64,000 bases of DNA from Geosiphon pyriformis uo1 (Eukaryota; Fungi; Glomeromycota). Each line of letters opens with the position of its first letter. The first letter of the stretch is position 1. The stretch lies in assembly GCA_016748015.1 (NCBI GenBank), contig JAAOMT010000570.1, positions 500,043 to 564,042 of the forward strand. Direction: 5' to 3'. Shown in pieces: positions 11,879-24,560 of the stretch. The notes under the pieces were generated by a model. The model was not told the origin of the DNA. It worked only from the letters and a program-made list of their open reading frames with translations, and did not search any database. Both the position numbers and the translations under genes were made by a program.

Positions 11879-14800
11879 GTGTTTTAGTTTGGAAGATTGC
11901 CACGTGCAATATAAGGGACATGAACAATTCTGTGAAACAGTATGATATAATTTGTTGGCATAAGGAGTCAAACAATTTGATTTCTATTGTTACTGAGATC
12001 AAGTTAAAGGGTAAAATTTGCCCATGGATCATGAATAAGTTTAATGGTTTCCAAGTGTTTACCTCTGGATTGAATTCTGGTCATATGGGCTTTGGCATTG
12101 TAATTGTCATGGACATTTCTTTGACAAGACATGAGTGTAAAATTTCTGAGGTGCCTGGTCGACTCCTGTCTATTAAGCTGCTTTTCAAAAATAAACTTTC
12201 TGTGTCAATTTTAGGGCTTTATGCTGGTGCTTCTTCAGTGGCTTGGTTTTTTCAGGCTGGTAAAATCAACTCTCTCATTGCTAAGACTGTTAATAAATCT
12301 TCTTTCATTGTTTTGGATGGTAATTTTAATAAGGATGGTTTGCATAAGAGTGCAAGTTTTAAAAAATGTTTAGACTTGGGGCTGATTAACTCTTTGTCAG
12401 GTAGCCCAGTAGTAAAAAGTTTTACATGAGAAAATTTGAGGGGTGTGAAAAAAACAATTGATTTTGTGCTAGTTTTGTCTAATTTGGTCAATACAATAGT
12501 GGATCACAATGTTGTAGATGTGAACAAACATTTCAACACTGATCATTGGACAGTTTCTGTTTCTGTGGGCCTGAGCAGTCTGCTGAATACTTAGTTGAAC
12601 TCTTTTTGTAGGCAGGTTAATAGAGATTGTTAGAAGTTTGATTTCAGGAGTGCTGACAATAGTAAATAGAAAAATTTTAAAGATGCCACTTCAGTCAATG
12701 CTGAAATGTTTGCCAATGAGTTTGCTACTACTGTAAAACTCTCGGATTTGGATGTTATGTAGAATGTTTTATACAAGATAATGACTCTTTTAGCACATGG
12801 GATATTTAGAAAAAAATGATTCAAGAATTTTGATGGAGTTTTCACCAGAGATTCTTTAAGATTTTATAAGCTGGAGTTGCTAGTGTTTAAGCTGGTTAAG
12901 GCTTCTCACTTGGTCTCTAGTGTGGAATTTGCTTCATTGTTGGATATGTGATGTGGACTCGATGCTAATAGTGCATTAGTAGTAAAGTCTTTATTTCTTT
13001 CAGGTTCCAATTTTGACATGATTTGCTTGGCTCTGGCTAAGATAAAGAAATTTTACTGCTCTTTTAAGTTGCTGGAATTCAGGTATGCTGAGGAAGCATG
13101 TGTTAAGGCAGCTATTAATAAGAGAATAGAAAGTTTTGAATCAGATAAGAATCATACCATCAGGAGTGTTTTGGAGTGCCCCTTTCACAAGGTGGTACTG
13201 GATTATTTGGTAGTAAGTGACAAATTGGTATTAGAGCCAAGCCTGGTTAAATTTAGGGTGGATGGGATCATGGAAGGTTGAACCAGGAAGCACAGGATGA
13301 TGTCTGACATCTCAGATGAATAGTCCTGCCAATACCAGCCTTTGGAGTATGTTTTCAATGATGCCTTTTCTGGTGTGATGTGTCCTGTTGGTGTTGATAA
13401 GTTGCTTGGTATGGTTTCTAATTTTCCTGAGGATAAAGCTGCTGGTCTCTCTGGGATTTCAAATGAACTCTGAAAACATTGCGATAAATCAGTTTTGGAT
13501 ATGCTTTTAGTGCTTTTGAATTCTTGTTTGATCTGTAAATCAGTACTCAGTGCTTGAAAGAAAGCTTGGGTCTTGATGATTCCTAAGCCATATAAATAGG
13601 ATGAAATTCTCACAAACACCTGACCTATTGTCTTAATTGAAACTGCTCACAAGATTTTTTCCAAAATTCTCTCAAATAAAATCTCGTCGGCATGTAGTAC
13701 TTTTGATGTTTTGTGTGAGAACAATTTTTTGGTTCTAAGGGGTACGATGACACAGTCACCTATTTTTGTCATTGGTTTAGTGGTTGAAAATGCTTTAGAG
13801 AAGAGTCGTGAACTCTGGTTGGTTTTGTAGGACATGTAGAAGGCTTATAATTCTGTTGGGTGGGAGCATCTTTGAAACAGTTTGGTTAGAATAAAGATGT
13901 ATAGCAGATTCATTAGGTTTTTGGTGGTATTCATAATAATTGCATTAATAGGGTTAAGACAGATTTTGGTTTGATGAATAAATACAGAGTGCATGATGGC
14001 TTGAACCAAGAGGAGGTGTTCTCACCATTTCTTTGGTGCATATTTTATGATCCTTTTCTGTGTGAGGTCAAGAGACAGACAGATGGGTGTGGATATATAT
14101 TGAATTCTTACTTTATTTCTGAATGTGGTTATGCCAAATCTCAGGCTGGTCTTTCCTTTTTTTTTGCCATGGGTGTCTTTGTTGATGATACTATATAAGT
14201 TGGCAGCAGTTGAAGTGCCACACAGCACATTCTCAACATTGCTAGTGAATTTTTTGATATTAATGATATTTCAATTAATAATAATAAAACTGTGGCCATT
14301 TCGATCAATTGCAAAGTTGCGGATTCTTCCCTGTTAATTAGTGGATTACCTATTTCTATTGCCAAGAGAGTAGAATTGCATCACTATTTAGAAATCTATC
14401 TGTCAACTGAGGGTCTTTCCAAACCTAGCTTGGCCAAAGCACATTCTAATGTCTGGTTTTTTGCTAATCTGGTTCTCAAGAAGACAGTATCTGATAAGCA
14501 GTTTTCGTATTTGGTTTTGGCAGTCCTCTTTCCTATCATTGGTTATAGAATACAATTCAGTTATGTTCCTGTCAGTGCTTGTGAAAAGTAGAACACTTTG
14601 ATTTGTAAGGGCTTGAAATTTAAGTCTGGCCTGCTGCATAACTTCCTTAGTGATGCAATTCATCATCTTTCTCTGTATGATTTGAAGACTTTTGAGCAGA
14701 TTTAGGCTGAGAATAAGTCAGCTGGTCATTTCTTTTGTGAACTCTGTTAGTATTTTGGGTCGTTTATTCTCTTACTGGTCACATGATCTTCAGGTTCTCT

Positions 14801-16560
14801 GCTGGCATCCACTTTATCTTTTGCAGTACCTAGTTCATGTTAAGATCAACCCTCTGAATAATTTTTTGGCTGATATAGTGTGCATTTTTTCTGGAAGTGA
14901 TTTGTCCTTGGGTGGCTCCCTGACTGATGCTTTTTGTCATTGGGGTAGAACCCCTATGTTTTGTGTTCTTGGTGAATCAACCTATTTTAGATGTGTCTTT
15001 TCACTTCAATGTTATAGAATTGTCTTTGTAGACCAGCTGTTTGATTAAAGTAGGGATATTTTTAATTGGAAAACCTTTAAACAGTGGAAGCAGTTGGACT
15101 TGTGTGGTCCAGTTCTTATTTGGTTTGAGCTTTTTGTTCGATTTCTTGGTGGTATATCTTCTCTTTCTGTCTATTTCTCACCTTTGGATAATGGTGGCTC
15201 TTCAAATATTCTTCATTCTTGTGAGTTTAGTGCTATTAGTGCCAATTTGTTGTGTTTTAATGTTGGTCGCTTTTCTGTCTATATGGATGAATCTTTAAGT
15301 GACTTGGAGTCTGTTGATATAAAAGCTGGGGCTGCTGTTTTCTTTGATAACATTGGTATGGGTTTGGGTGTGGGAGTTTTTGGTTTGATGTCTTTTACTT
15401 TGACAGAGTTGTAGGCCATTGCTCTAACTCTCGAGTGTGTCCCTTCTTCTCACTCAATCGACTTGTTTTCGGACAGTCAAGCAGTTTTGGATGCTTGCAA
15501 GTTGAAGTTGGATTTGGTTTATTCGAATTTTAAAAATTGGTGTTGGATTAAATGTCACCACATTGTAAATATCATTCATCATAAGAATTTGAATGTTAAT
15601 TGGTATAAGCTCAAAGATCATTTGGGTGTTTCAGACAATAAGCATGCAGATGAGTTGGCCAGAGCTGTGGCTCTTTCTAGCTAGAATCTGCTCTATTTTA
15701 TCAGTGAACACTATCTTAGGGTTGGTGGTATTGCCATTTCTGGTAATTCTAGGTATTTTGTTTGGGATGTTTTTTGGTCAGTTCATCATGCACATTAAGA
15801 AATTGGTTCTGGTTTGTGGATGGTAGTGGATAATCTGTGTGTAGATATTGATTGGTTCAAATCATTACTGGTATGACATCCAGACTCTCACATGGCTGCT
15901 GGCTTCACTTGTAAGTAAACTGCTGGTTTCTGAACATATTTTATGAAGACATTGCACCTTTGGCTCTCTGTTGCCATGCGTAAATGGCTTTATGATAAGA
16001 GTTATCTTAGTGTGGTGTGTTTGTTCTATGGTGATGTCGAAGTCTCAGACCATGCTTTTTTTTGTTCATTTGATGCCAATAATCATGCTCATTTGTTGGA
16101 CTCTTATGTATTAGCTTGGGGAGTGTGATCTGGTCTAAGTCATTTTTCCTCAGTTGTTTCACAGCTGTTGTTCATTTGTTCATCTGATGTTTTGGTCAGT
16201 ACTGCTTTGTGCAAGGATTTTGTTTTCAAGGATTGGTTTCATGAGTCTGTCTCTGTTTTCAAAAACTTCAAAATAGTGAGTCAGACTATTGTGGCCTTTG
16301 TGCGTGAGTTTAGTCATGTTTTTTGGGAGAATATTTGGTTGGTTTGTGTCAAGCACCATGCTTTTATGGAAAAAAATAGACTTATTCTATGTAATAGATC
16401 TGTTCCTATCTCAATTTCTAGGCTTCTGTTAATGCTATCAGCAAGCATGATTGGATTGCTGTGTGTTGCTGAGGCTATTGGTATTGGTTTCAGTTTTCAT
16501 AAGTCTTGTTTGTTTTTTTCAGGCATAAGTGATGAAGTTTCTGTTCATATAGATGTATAG
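11875..16560 (+). pseudogene. LINE ORF2 (APE endonuclease, RT, RNase H, C-terminal Cys/His motif)
   Basis: KIATCNIR / TEIKL / LDGNFN (APE); HDGLNQEEVFSP and GVFVDDTI (RT); VYMDES, FSDSQAV, KDHLGVSDNKHADELA (RNase H); many TGG>TAG/TGA and CAR>TAR stops. Confidence 0.9.
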
Positions 16561-17090
16561 TGTTGTCTTGATTGGTTCAAGTGGCTGGTCATATATAGAA
16601 AGTACATGATTCACACCTAATTTAGATCATTTGTATAATGTATTACACTAGACAGTGTTTGGATTTTACTCATTAAATATTTAAAAAAAAAAATTTTTAA
16701 GTATTTTTTTAATATAAAATAATTTATTTTATTTTAAATTAAATTTTTTATTTTATTGTTTTTTTGCTTTAATATAATATAGTATTTTGTTTTTAATTTT
16801 AAATTTAACTGTTTTATTTAATAATTGACTATTAAGTTATTTTTTTGTTTTTTTTGTAATATTTTAATATTGTTAACTGCTTTTTTTTTGTTTTTTAATA
16901 ATTTTATTAAATTATATATCTGTTTTACCAATATTTTTTATTTTTTTAGCTAATTTTAGTTAATGTTTTATATATTATTCTATTGAATTTTTCAACTAAA
17001 TTATTTGTTTATAAATAATATAATAATAAAATTTCTAATTTAATTCAGTCAATATTTTGTTTATAAAGTATATTTTTTGGTTAATATTAT

Positions 17091-17744
17091 TGTTATGATT
17101 GAAACCTATACTTTTTATTAATTATCACATGTATTAGCCATTAATGTCATATAATTAGCCACTCTATTTTTAGATAGTGATTATTGACTTAGTCGTTGAT
17201 CTGATCATTGACCATTTTTAATAGCTATATAAGTGATAAATCTCTTAGCTGTAGAAAAACATGTAAGAATCAAAGAAAAAAAATAAATAAAATAACAACT
17301 TTATCTTAATCCTTTTTTTCTTGCTAATTTCCCTTTTTTTACCTTCAAGTATCTGAACATTTTAGAATAAAAAACTACTTGTTGGTTATTTTTTACCTTT
17401 TTTCTGAAACATATAACTGTAACATTTGAAAATTATTAAATAAAATGTGATTGAAGAATATATCTGATACCTGATATTGAATTCTAAGAGCACTGATGTG
17501 AGACATAGAATTATACCAATGTGTGATTATTTGTTGACAGTACAGACTATTTTTTTACCTTCAGATTTCCTGGTTATCTTTTGAAAAGTATAGCAACTGA
17601 GATATTTTATGAGACTGATCTTGCATATTGAATCCATACTTATTTAATTCGCTCTTTGAAGTTGAATTTCCTTTGATTCATTTTATCACCCTACAATCTT
17701 GTTTTTCCTTGCTATTTATTAGCTTGTTACTCCAATCCAAAACA
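17091..17744 (+). repeat. 5' LTR of Gypsy A
   Basis: TG...CA termini; direct repeat of 34358-35025. Confidence 0.9.
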
Positions 17745-19335
17745 TAAAAGTGGTGTTCTCTGTAAAATTGTCAAAATCCACTTTGTTTTCTATTGTATGA
17801 ATGATAATTCATATCTGTCACAACAATTAGAAGAACACTTTAAAGCACACAACAAAAATGATTTAGATTTTATTGAACTCAATTCTTTGCCCTTTTGCTT
17901 GATTTGCTTCCTTATTGAAAAACAATCCAGTAGACAATTCCAAGACTTTTGAAACTGGTTTCTGAATAAGCATTCAGCTAAAACCTACACAGCCTATACA
18001 ACCTATTACTTTGACCAAGCTTATTTTAAAGACAATTTTAAAGAAAAAAACAACAGTATTAATCAACTTTTATACTCCACAATTTTTGAACAACTGTCTT
18101 CTAATTTTGAATATCTGAATCATCAAATTCACATTTGGATTGCTGCTCATCAATCAACTGAAACTCCCTTTGAAACAGAAGAAGAAAACTACCAAACTGC
18201 TTCTGTTTTTGATTTTTTATCAAGCAAATCAGACTTATTCACACAAATAGCTACCCCTAAACCAATAGCTAATGACCCCATGCAAGTAAATATTCTGGCT
18301 GCCCTTCAAGATATACAAACTGCTTTAGGAAAAAAAAACAATATCCCACTACCACTATTCAGAGGTAATGCACAAAATCCAATTGAATAGTTAGATGACT
18401 TTGAAAGAGCTGTCACAGCCAATCAATATAATAATAAATACAAGTTCTAAATTATTGGTGGCTATCTTCAAGGCTTTCCTACTACCTGGTTCTTACAAAA
18501 AACAGATGCCAATGCCCATCAAAGAATTATTAGATGGACACCTGCAAATGCTGGAGAAAACAACATTTTTTTTACTATCTGGTTTGAAAATAAGTTCAAA
18601 ACCCCAATTTTGATATCCAAGTGGCACATAGAATTAGAAAAAAGAACCTAAAACCCAGGAAAAGTAGTAACTGAATATGCCAAAGCAATAAGAAAACTAA
18701 TTAAATGGATAGACCCAGAAAAAAATTAGATGGAAAAGCAGAAAATACATTCTTTTACAAAAGGATTGAAAACTGATCTTTTATATGCTCTTTGGCCCTT
18801 TCTGGCCTTAAAAAATAATTCCACAATGGATATAGCTATTGAACTTGTTCAAAAAATAGAAGATAACCAAAGGATGCATCTGGGATCTATTCTTCTAGTT
18901 TTTGCTTCTGCTCTTGTTATAACTTCTGCTCTCTAAATGGCTGCTATCTCTTTTGCTACCCAAACTCAAGATCCAAATGAACAGTTAATAGATAGACTTA
19001 CAGCTAATCTTGCTTGGTTATTGGAACCCTTAGCCCAAGCAGTCAGAGAGAATCAACAACCCCAAAGATCCAGATTTGAATCCCATTTTAACCAACCCCA
19101 GCAACTTCCTTATAAAAAGCAACAAAATTGTGGTCTATCTGTGTACTGTTGCTGTGGATTAACTGGGCACTTTTTCAGAGATTGCAACAATTTTTTATTG
19201 TCTTCTTCAGCTCTTAAAAACAATGACAATCAAAACAACAGAACCATTAACAACAATGTCCCCAATTAAATACCTAATCATGCCAATATTAATTTCTTTG
19301 AAGAGGATTTCCTAGTTGAAGCTACTGTTTATCAG

Positions 19336-20192
19336 TGTTATAGGTAATTCTTTGGGATGGTAGTTGAATAGCAAACCCATAACTTGGTGCTCAAAGCAAT
19401 TAGTGTGGATGATAATCTGAAGGTTTTCCAATCAAGTTCTTTGTATAATGAACAGAGATTCAATGGTAATGGTTTATCAATAGTTTTCTGAAACTGTAGT
19501 TTTGTTGATTGCTTGTTTAGCTTGATGGTTGATAATTCTCCTGGTACAATATCCTCCATAAGTATATACCAGTGCTGTTTTCTGATGTCAGTTCCTCCAT
19601 AAGTCTTCCAAGAGTAAGTATTGTTTAAGCAAGTTTATTTCTCTGTAAGTCCTCCAAGAGTAAGTATTGTTTTAAGTAAGTTTTATTCCTCCATAAGTTT
19701 TCCAAGAGTAAATTCTTTAATCAAGTTAGTAGACAACAAAGAAAATACAGAAAAGATAAAAGAAAAAATAAGAAATAAGCCAAGGCAATTTGCAAGTTAG
19801 TATCCTGTCAATAGCCGTGATCAAGAGTTATTGTTCCAGTATGATTAAGTATCAGTTACTATCAACATAAAGTGTTGATAGTGAAGAATGAATTTGATAT
19901 AGCAAATAATTATTTATTTGAGGATTGTGGTAACTAAGCTAAGGATTCTTGGTGTCAATTCTGTCTTTTCTGCTTCTAATACTACTGCTATATATACATA
20001 TTTGAGATTCCTCAATTCTTCAATTCCTTGTGACAGGAATTCTGCAATTCCTCGCTAGAGAATCCTGAAATTCCTGGAATCCTACAATTCTTCTGAAAGG
20101 AATTCTGGAATTTCACATTTACTATGTCTACTTCTGATTGGCTAATCTTTACTTGCTAATAATAATATACTTCCTCTATTCTATGAGTAACA
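19336..20192 (-). repeat. 3' LTR of Gypsy B
   Basis: Direct repeat of 28690-29618; contains ~48-bp tandem units (CCTCCATAAG..CCAAGAGTAAGTATTG) and GGAATTC/GGAATCC repeats. Confidence 0.92.
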
Positions 20193-20205
20193 TTATTCCC
20201 TCCTT

Positions 20206-20865
20206 TTAATATTGAGCTCTATCGAAATCTAACTCTTTTAATTTCTCTTCTTAAATTATTTCTTGAACTTCTTTTTCGAGTATTATTTGTGTTATTTGAG
20301 TTTGTAGTTTTTCAAATTGGGCATTGGTCATTTTCCCCAATTGATTACTTGTAACTGTATCCATTGCTGTGTTGAATAAGATTTCTGGTTGGTTTTAAAA
20401 TCTCATATATAGCCAGTAAATGGCTCGAGCTTGTGTGGTTAAATTTTTTTTTCCCACAAATTGTTCCAGTTGTCTCAGTATTGTTGTGTTGAATAATTGT
20501 TTTGTTTTGTCAGTGTACAAATTCTGGATATTTATGTGTTGTCTCAAGTGAAAATGACAATAGTTTTTCAGAAATTGTTGCATTTACCAAGTCCAAGTTT
20601 CTCCAGTAAGTTCTTGGTGTAATCCGACTATTTGTTGTTCTTTCATGGTCAATTTTATCTTGGTCATAATTTTGTTAACAACATTTTCGAGTTTTCTCTG
20701 TACTTTGTGTTGTGGTATCCTTGCAGTACTTTTGTATTAAATGATTTGTTGATTGATTGTAATTTCCATCTCCTGGTGTTGGATTAATTGAAAGATTTGT
20801 TGTGCTAATAAATATATGTTGTCAGTAATTTCTATTTTTCTGTGTTTTTCTGTTACATCGACCAT
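20206..20865 (-). pseudogene. Gypsy B extra ORF3 of unknown function (about 219 codons)
   Basis: Single frame from ATG 20865 (MVDVTEKHRK...) through ORF 20395-20583 to ...LDFDRAQY*; the internal stops are TAA, consistent with CAA>TAA. Confidence 0.6.
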
Positions 20866-20999
20866 GCCTTTATATATTTTTTCTGTCAATTAATTGGATG
20901 TATTGTTATCAATGATAATGATTGGTTCTAAATCTTGTGAAATCTCATCTGGTTGGACTAGTATTTTCTGTACTCCCAGTTGTAGAATATTACTGGTGG

Positions 21000-22150
21000 A
21001 TGATGATGCTATATGGTAGTATGGTTTCAGTTAATCTCCATGTGCTGCTTTGGTCAAGATTTTGTTATTCAATCTTAATTTGTAAGCTTTATTTCCTAGA
21101 ATTTCTTCTATGTAAAATGGTCTATCCCATTTGGAGTCAAATTTTTTATTCCATTGTTTTTCCACTTTGGTATGATGTAGTAGTACTTTGTCTTCAATCT
21201 TGAATTCAGCTGGTTTATCTGGTAGTTGGTTATTATGTCTTTTTTTTTGTTTTTCTTGTGATCTTTGTATGTTATCAGCTGTTCTTTGTCATTTGTTTTC
21301 TAATGTTTTTATTAAGTCATATGTTCTTCTCAACAATGTGTTTTTGAAATTCTCTTTTGTTATTGGTTTGGTTGGGTATGTGCTGACTTCTATTTCCACT
21401 AGTAGTGTTGCTGTTCTATCATATACTAATTTAAATGGTGTTGCTTGTGTAGTATCTTGCTTCATTGTCTGATAAGCAAATAGTACTGATGGTATCAACA
21501 AATCTTAATCATTCTGGTTTTCTTGGTTGAGCTTAGCTATTGCTTCACACAATATTCTGTTGAATCTTTCGACTAATCCGTTGGTTTGTGAATGGTATGG
21601 TGATGATAGTGGTCTCTTAATTCCGAATCTTTGGCTCAATTCTGTTAATGTTCTGTTCACAAAATGAGTTCCTTGGTCTGATAATAATTCTTTTGGACAT
21701 CCATGTTGACAAATCAAATCCTGATGAATGAATTTGGCAATGGATTCTGCATCTGCTCTTTGAATTGCTTTCACCTCTGGCTATTTAGTGAGATAGTCCA
21801 TGGTTACTGCTATGTATCTGTTTTCTCTGCTGGTAATTGTTAATGGTCTGACTAAATCAATTCCAATACAGTCAAATGATTGTCCCATTTTGATTGGTCT
21901 TAATGGTTCACTGGGTCTTGTTCCTCCTTTTTGCTGACAAGCATTACAATTTTGAATATATTGAATAATGTCTGGATATATTGATGGCCAATAGTATCTT
22001 TTTTTGGTTCTTTCTATGGTTACTTCTTTGTGAAAGTGTTCTGCTGTTAGATTTGAGTACATGTTGAATAATATTGTCTCTTTTTCTGGCTCTGTAATTA
22101 CTCTGGTTGGTTAATCTAGATCTCTTTTATTTTTCCGATAAAGTATATTT
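21000..22150 (-). pseudogene. Gypsy B integrase (H2C2 zinc finger, DDE core, GPF-like motif, no chromodomain)
   Basis: AEHF...RYYWP...CNACQ; IGIDLV; LLSDQGTHF; NGLVERFN; KWDRPFYI. Confidence 0.9.
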
Positions 22151-22399
22151 TGGTAAGTGATAAAATATTTTGATTGTTGTTTGATACTTTTTTATTTCAT
22201 TTAAGATAAATTCTCCTTGAACTGTTGAGTGTTTATATAATGTTGAAGTTGTTAATATTTTTGTATGTTCATTTTTTGTTATATTTTTTGTTGGTATTGT
22301 TCTGGTTTTGTTATATTTTTGGGTTTGAGATGTTCTTAGATTTGTTTTATTTGCGACAAACCATTGGCATTTCCGTTGTCTTTTCCTTTTTTATAGTGT

Positions 22400-23700
22400 A
22401 TAGTATAAGTATATTGTGAGAGTGCTATTTTCTATCTGAATTGGTGGCCATCATCAAATTCTTGCTTTTGAAGTGATGTTAACCCTTTATAATCCATGTA
22501 TATATCAAACTTTTGGCTCAAGTATTTGTTTCACTTCATGACTGCCCAATAGATTGCTAAATGTTCTAGTTCTGGTGTTCCATAGTTTTTTTTGGCTGGG
22601 ATTAACCCTTGGCTTGCATAAGCCACTAGATGTTCTCTTCCATCTGGTTCTTTTTGCAATAGTACTGCTCTCAATGCTTGGCTTGATACATCGGTAGTAA
22701 TAATGAATGGTTTGTTGTAATTTGGGTAGATCAGTACTGGAGCTTGAATGAGCTTTCTTTTCAAAATATTAAAAGCTTCTTGTTGACTTTCTGTCCATTC
22801 ATATTTTGTATTCTTGGTTTGCAAATTATTAAGTGGTTGAGCTATCTTTGAAAAGTTTTTTATAAAGGGTCGATAATAACTTGCAAATTCCAAGAATAAT
22901 TTCAATTCAGTCACATTGATTGGTACTGGAAAGTTCTTTACTATCTCTATTTTCTCTGGATCTGTTTTGATGCCATTTTTGCTGACTATATGTCTCAAGA
23001 ATTTTAGTTTTGTCTTGCCGAAGAAGCACTTTGTTGCATTTAACTTCAGTCCTACTCTTCTTAGCCTTTTGAACACTTGTTGAAGATGATGAAAATAATC
23101 ATCCAATGTTTTTAAGAATACATTGGTGTTATTCAAGTATACAACTACTGATTTTCACAATAAGCCAGTATAAACAATTTCCATTAGCCATTGGAAAGTG
23201 GCTGGGATGTTGGTTAAGCCAAAAGGCATTACTTCAAATTCGAAATTCTTTTCCCTAGTGGTGAATGCCATCTTCTCTTTGTTGGCTGAATTCATGGCTA
23301 CTTGCCAATAACCACTGTCCAAGTTTAATGTTGAGAACCATTTGTTTCTGCTAAAAGTATTGAATAATTCTTGTATTCTTGGGGTTGGATAGCTGTCTCC
23401 ACGAGTTACACCATTGAGTTTCCTATAGTCCATACAAAATCAGATTTTTCTATTCTTCTTCTAAACAAGTACTACTGGTGATGACCATAGGCTCATTGAT
23501 GATTAAATTAGCCCATTGTTAAGCATTTGGTTTATCTCTTAACAAATGATCTCATGGCTAGCTGGTGATACTCTGTATGCTCTTTGTTTAATTGGCATTG
23601 CATCTTTAGTCTTGATCTAATGCTGAATGATGTTAGTTCGGCCAAACTCATTTTCACTGACAAAGATGTTGTTGAAATTGTTGAGCAATATCTTAAGCTG
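22400..23700 (-). pseudogene. Gypsy B reverse transcriptase and RNase H
   Basis: ORFs 23155-23433 and 22531-23136 carry standard Gypsy RT/RH motifs. Confidence 0.92.
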
Positions 23701-24169
23701 CATATATTAGAGTGGATCTAAGTTTCCTATGTTTATTTGTTCCAATTGCTCTGGTTGGAGCAAATAACATTTACTTTGTTCATATATTGTTTGTGATGTG
23801 ATATCAACATATCCACAAAGCTGTGGAAAGTCCAGAATGGTACTTGGTGGTTGATTCTCTATTTCAGTGTTTAAGTATCTAATGGTAGTTCTGGCTAATA
23901 TTACTATGACATTTTCTGTGTTATTGTAAATAGAAATTTTGATGTGGCTGTAATCTTTGGCTGGTATATAGAGATTGATGAGTTCAATCTCTCCTGATTC
24001 ACAAAGGGTTGTTTCTGCTTCAAAATCTGATTCTGTTCTTTTACTTCTCATTTTATTCCTACCATGTACTGGCCATATGGTGGAATAGAAATTGCTTGAC
24101 CTGTTGAGATAATTTCTCTTTGGTTAACAATTTTTTCTTCTGCCATATTGACTGGTACATCTATTTTAC

Positions 24170-24560
24170 TTGTTGATCCAAATTCCTGTATTCCTCTTGC
24201 TGTTATCCTTAATTCCTTCCTATTTCTCACTGATACTAACTGAGCTATTTTCACCAGAGGCAGAAATATTGCCTGTGCTATCTTTTCATTTGGCTCTATA
24301 ATATAGGCCTTTTCAGAGTTATTTTGTAGCATAGCAATAATATTTTCTACATATCCTGCATCAATTATTCCTCCTCTTATATTAATCCTTTTTTTCACTA
24401 AACTACTCCTAGATGCTAGTTGAACCATTGTTGTTGCTGAAATTTCCAGTACTACTTTCAGATCTATGCAGGTGCACAAATGTGGTTCCAATTTTATAAC
24501 ATTTTTTCCAGGATATCTCAGATCAAACTTGGCATTAGTATTGTACACATGTTCTGGCAT
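24170..24560 (-). pseudogene. dUTPase domain within Gypsy B pol
   Basis: All five trimeric dUTPase motifs in decayed form: NAKFDLRY (AGxDL), ASRSSL (RSSL), GGIIDAGYVENI (GxIDxGYxG), EKIAQAI (RIAQ), RGIQEFGST (RGxxGFGST). Confidence 0.9.

Larger units (their letters stand above)
9834..16692 (+). mobile_element. Non-LTR retrotransposon (LINE, APE-RT-RNase H), copy 1, degenerate
   Basis: ORF1 plus ORF2 remnants, A-rich tail, TSD ATTTTTAAGT (9824-9833/16693-16702); colinear with copy 2. Confidence 0.93.

Noticed and set aside
19545-19720. Regularly spaced ~48-bp repeats suggesting a CRISPR-like array
   Set aside because: Units are contiguous tandem copies without unique spacers, inside a eukaryotic LTR; no cas genes.
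20206-21000. env gene or chromodomain downstream of integrase
   Set aside because: No signal peptide, TM helix or chromodomain aromatic motif is visible.
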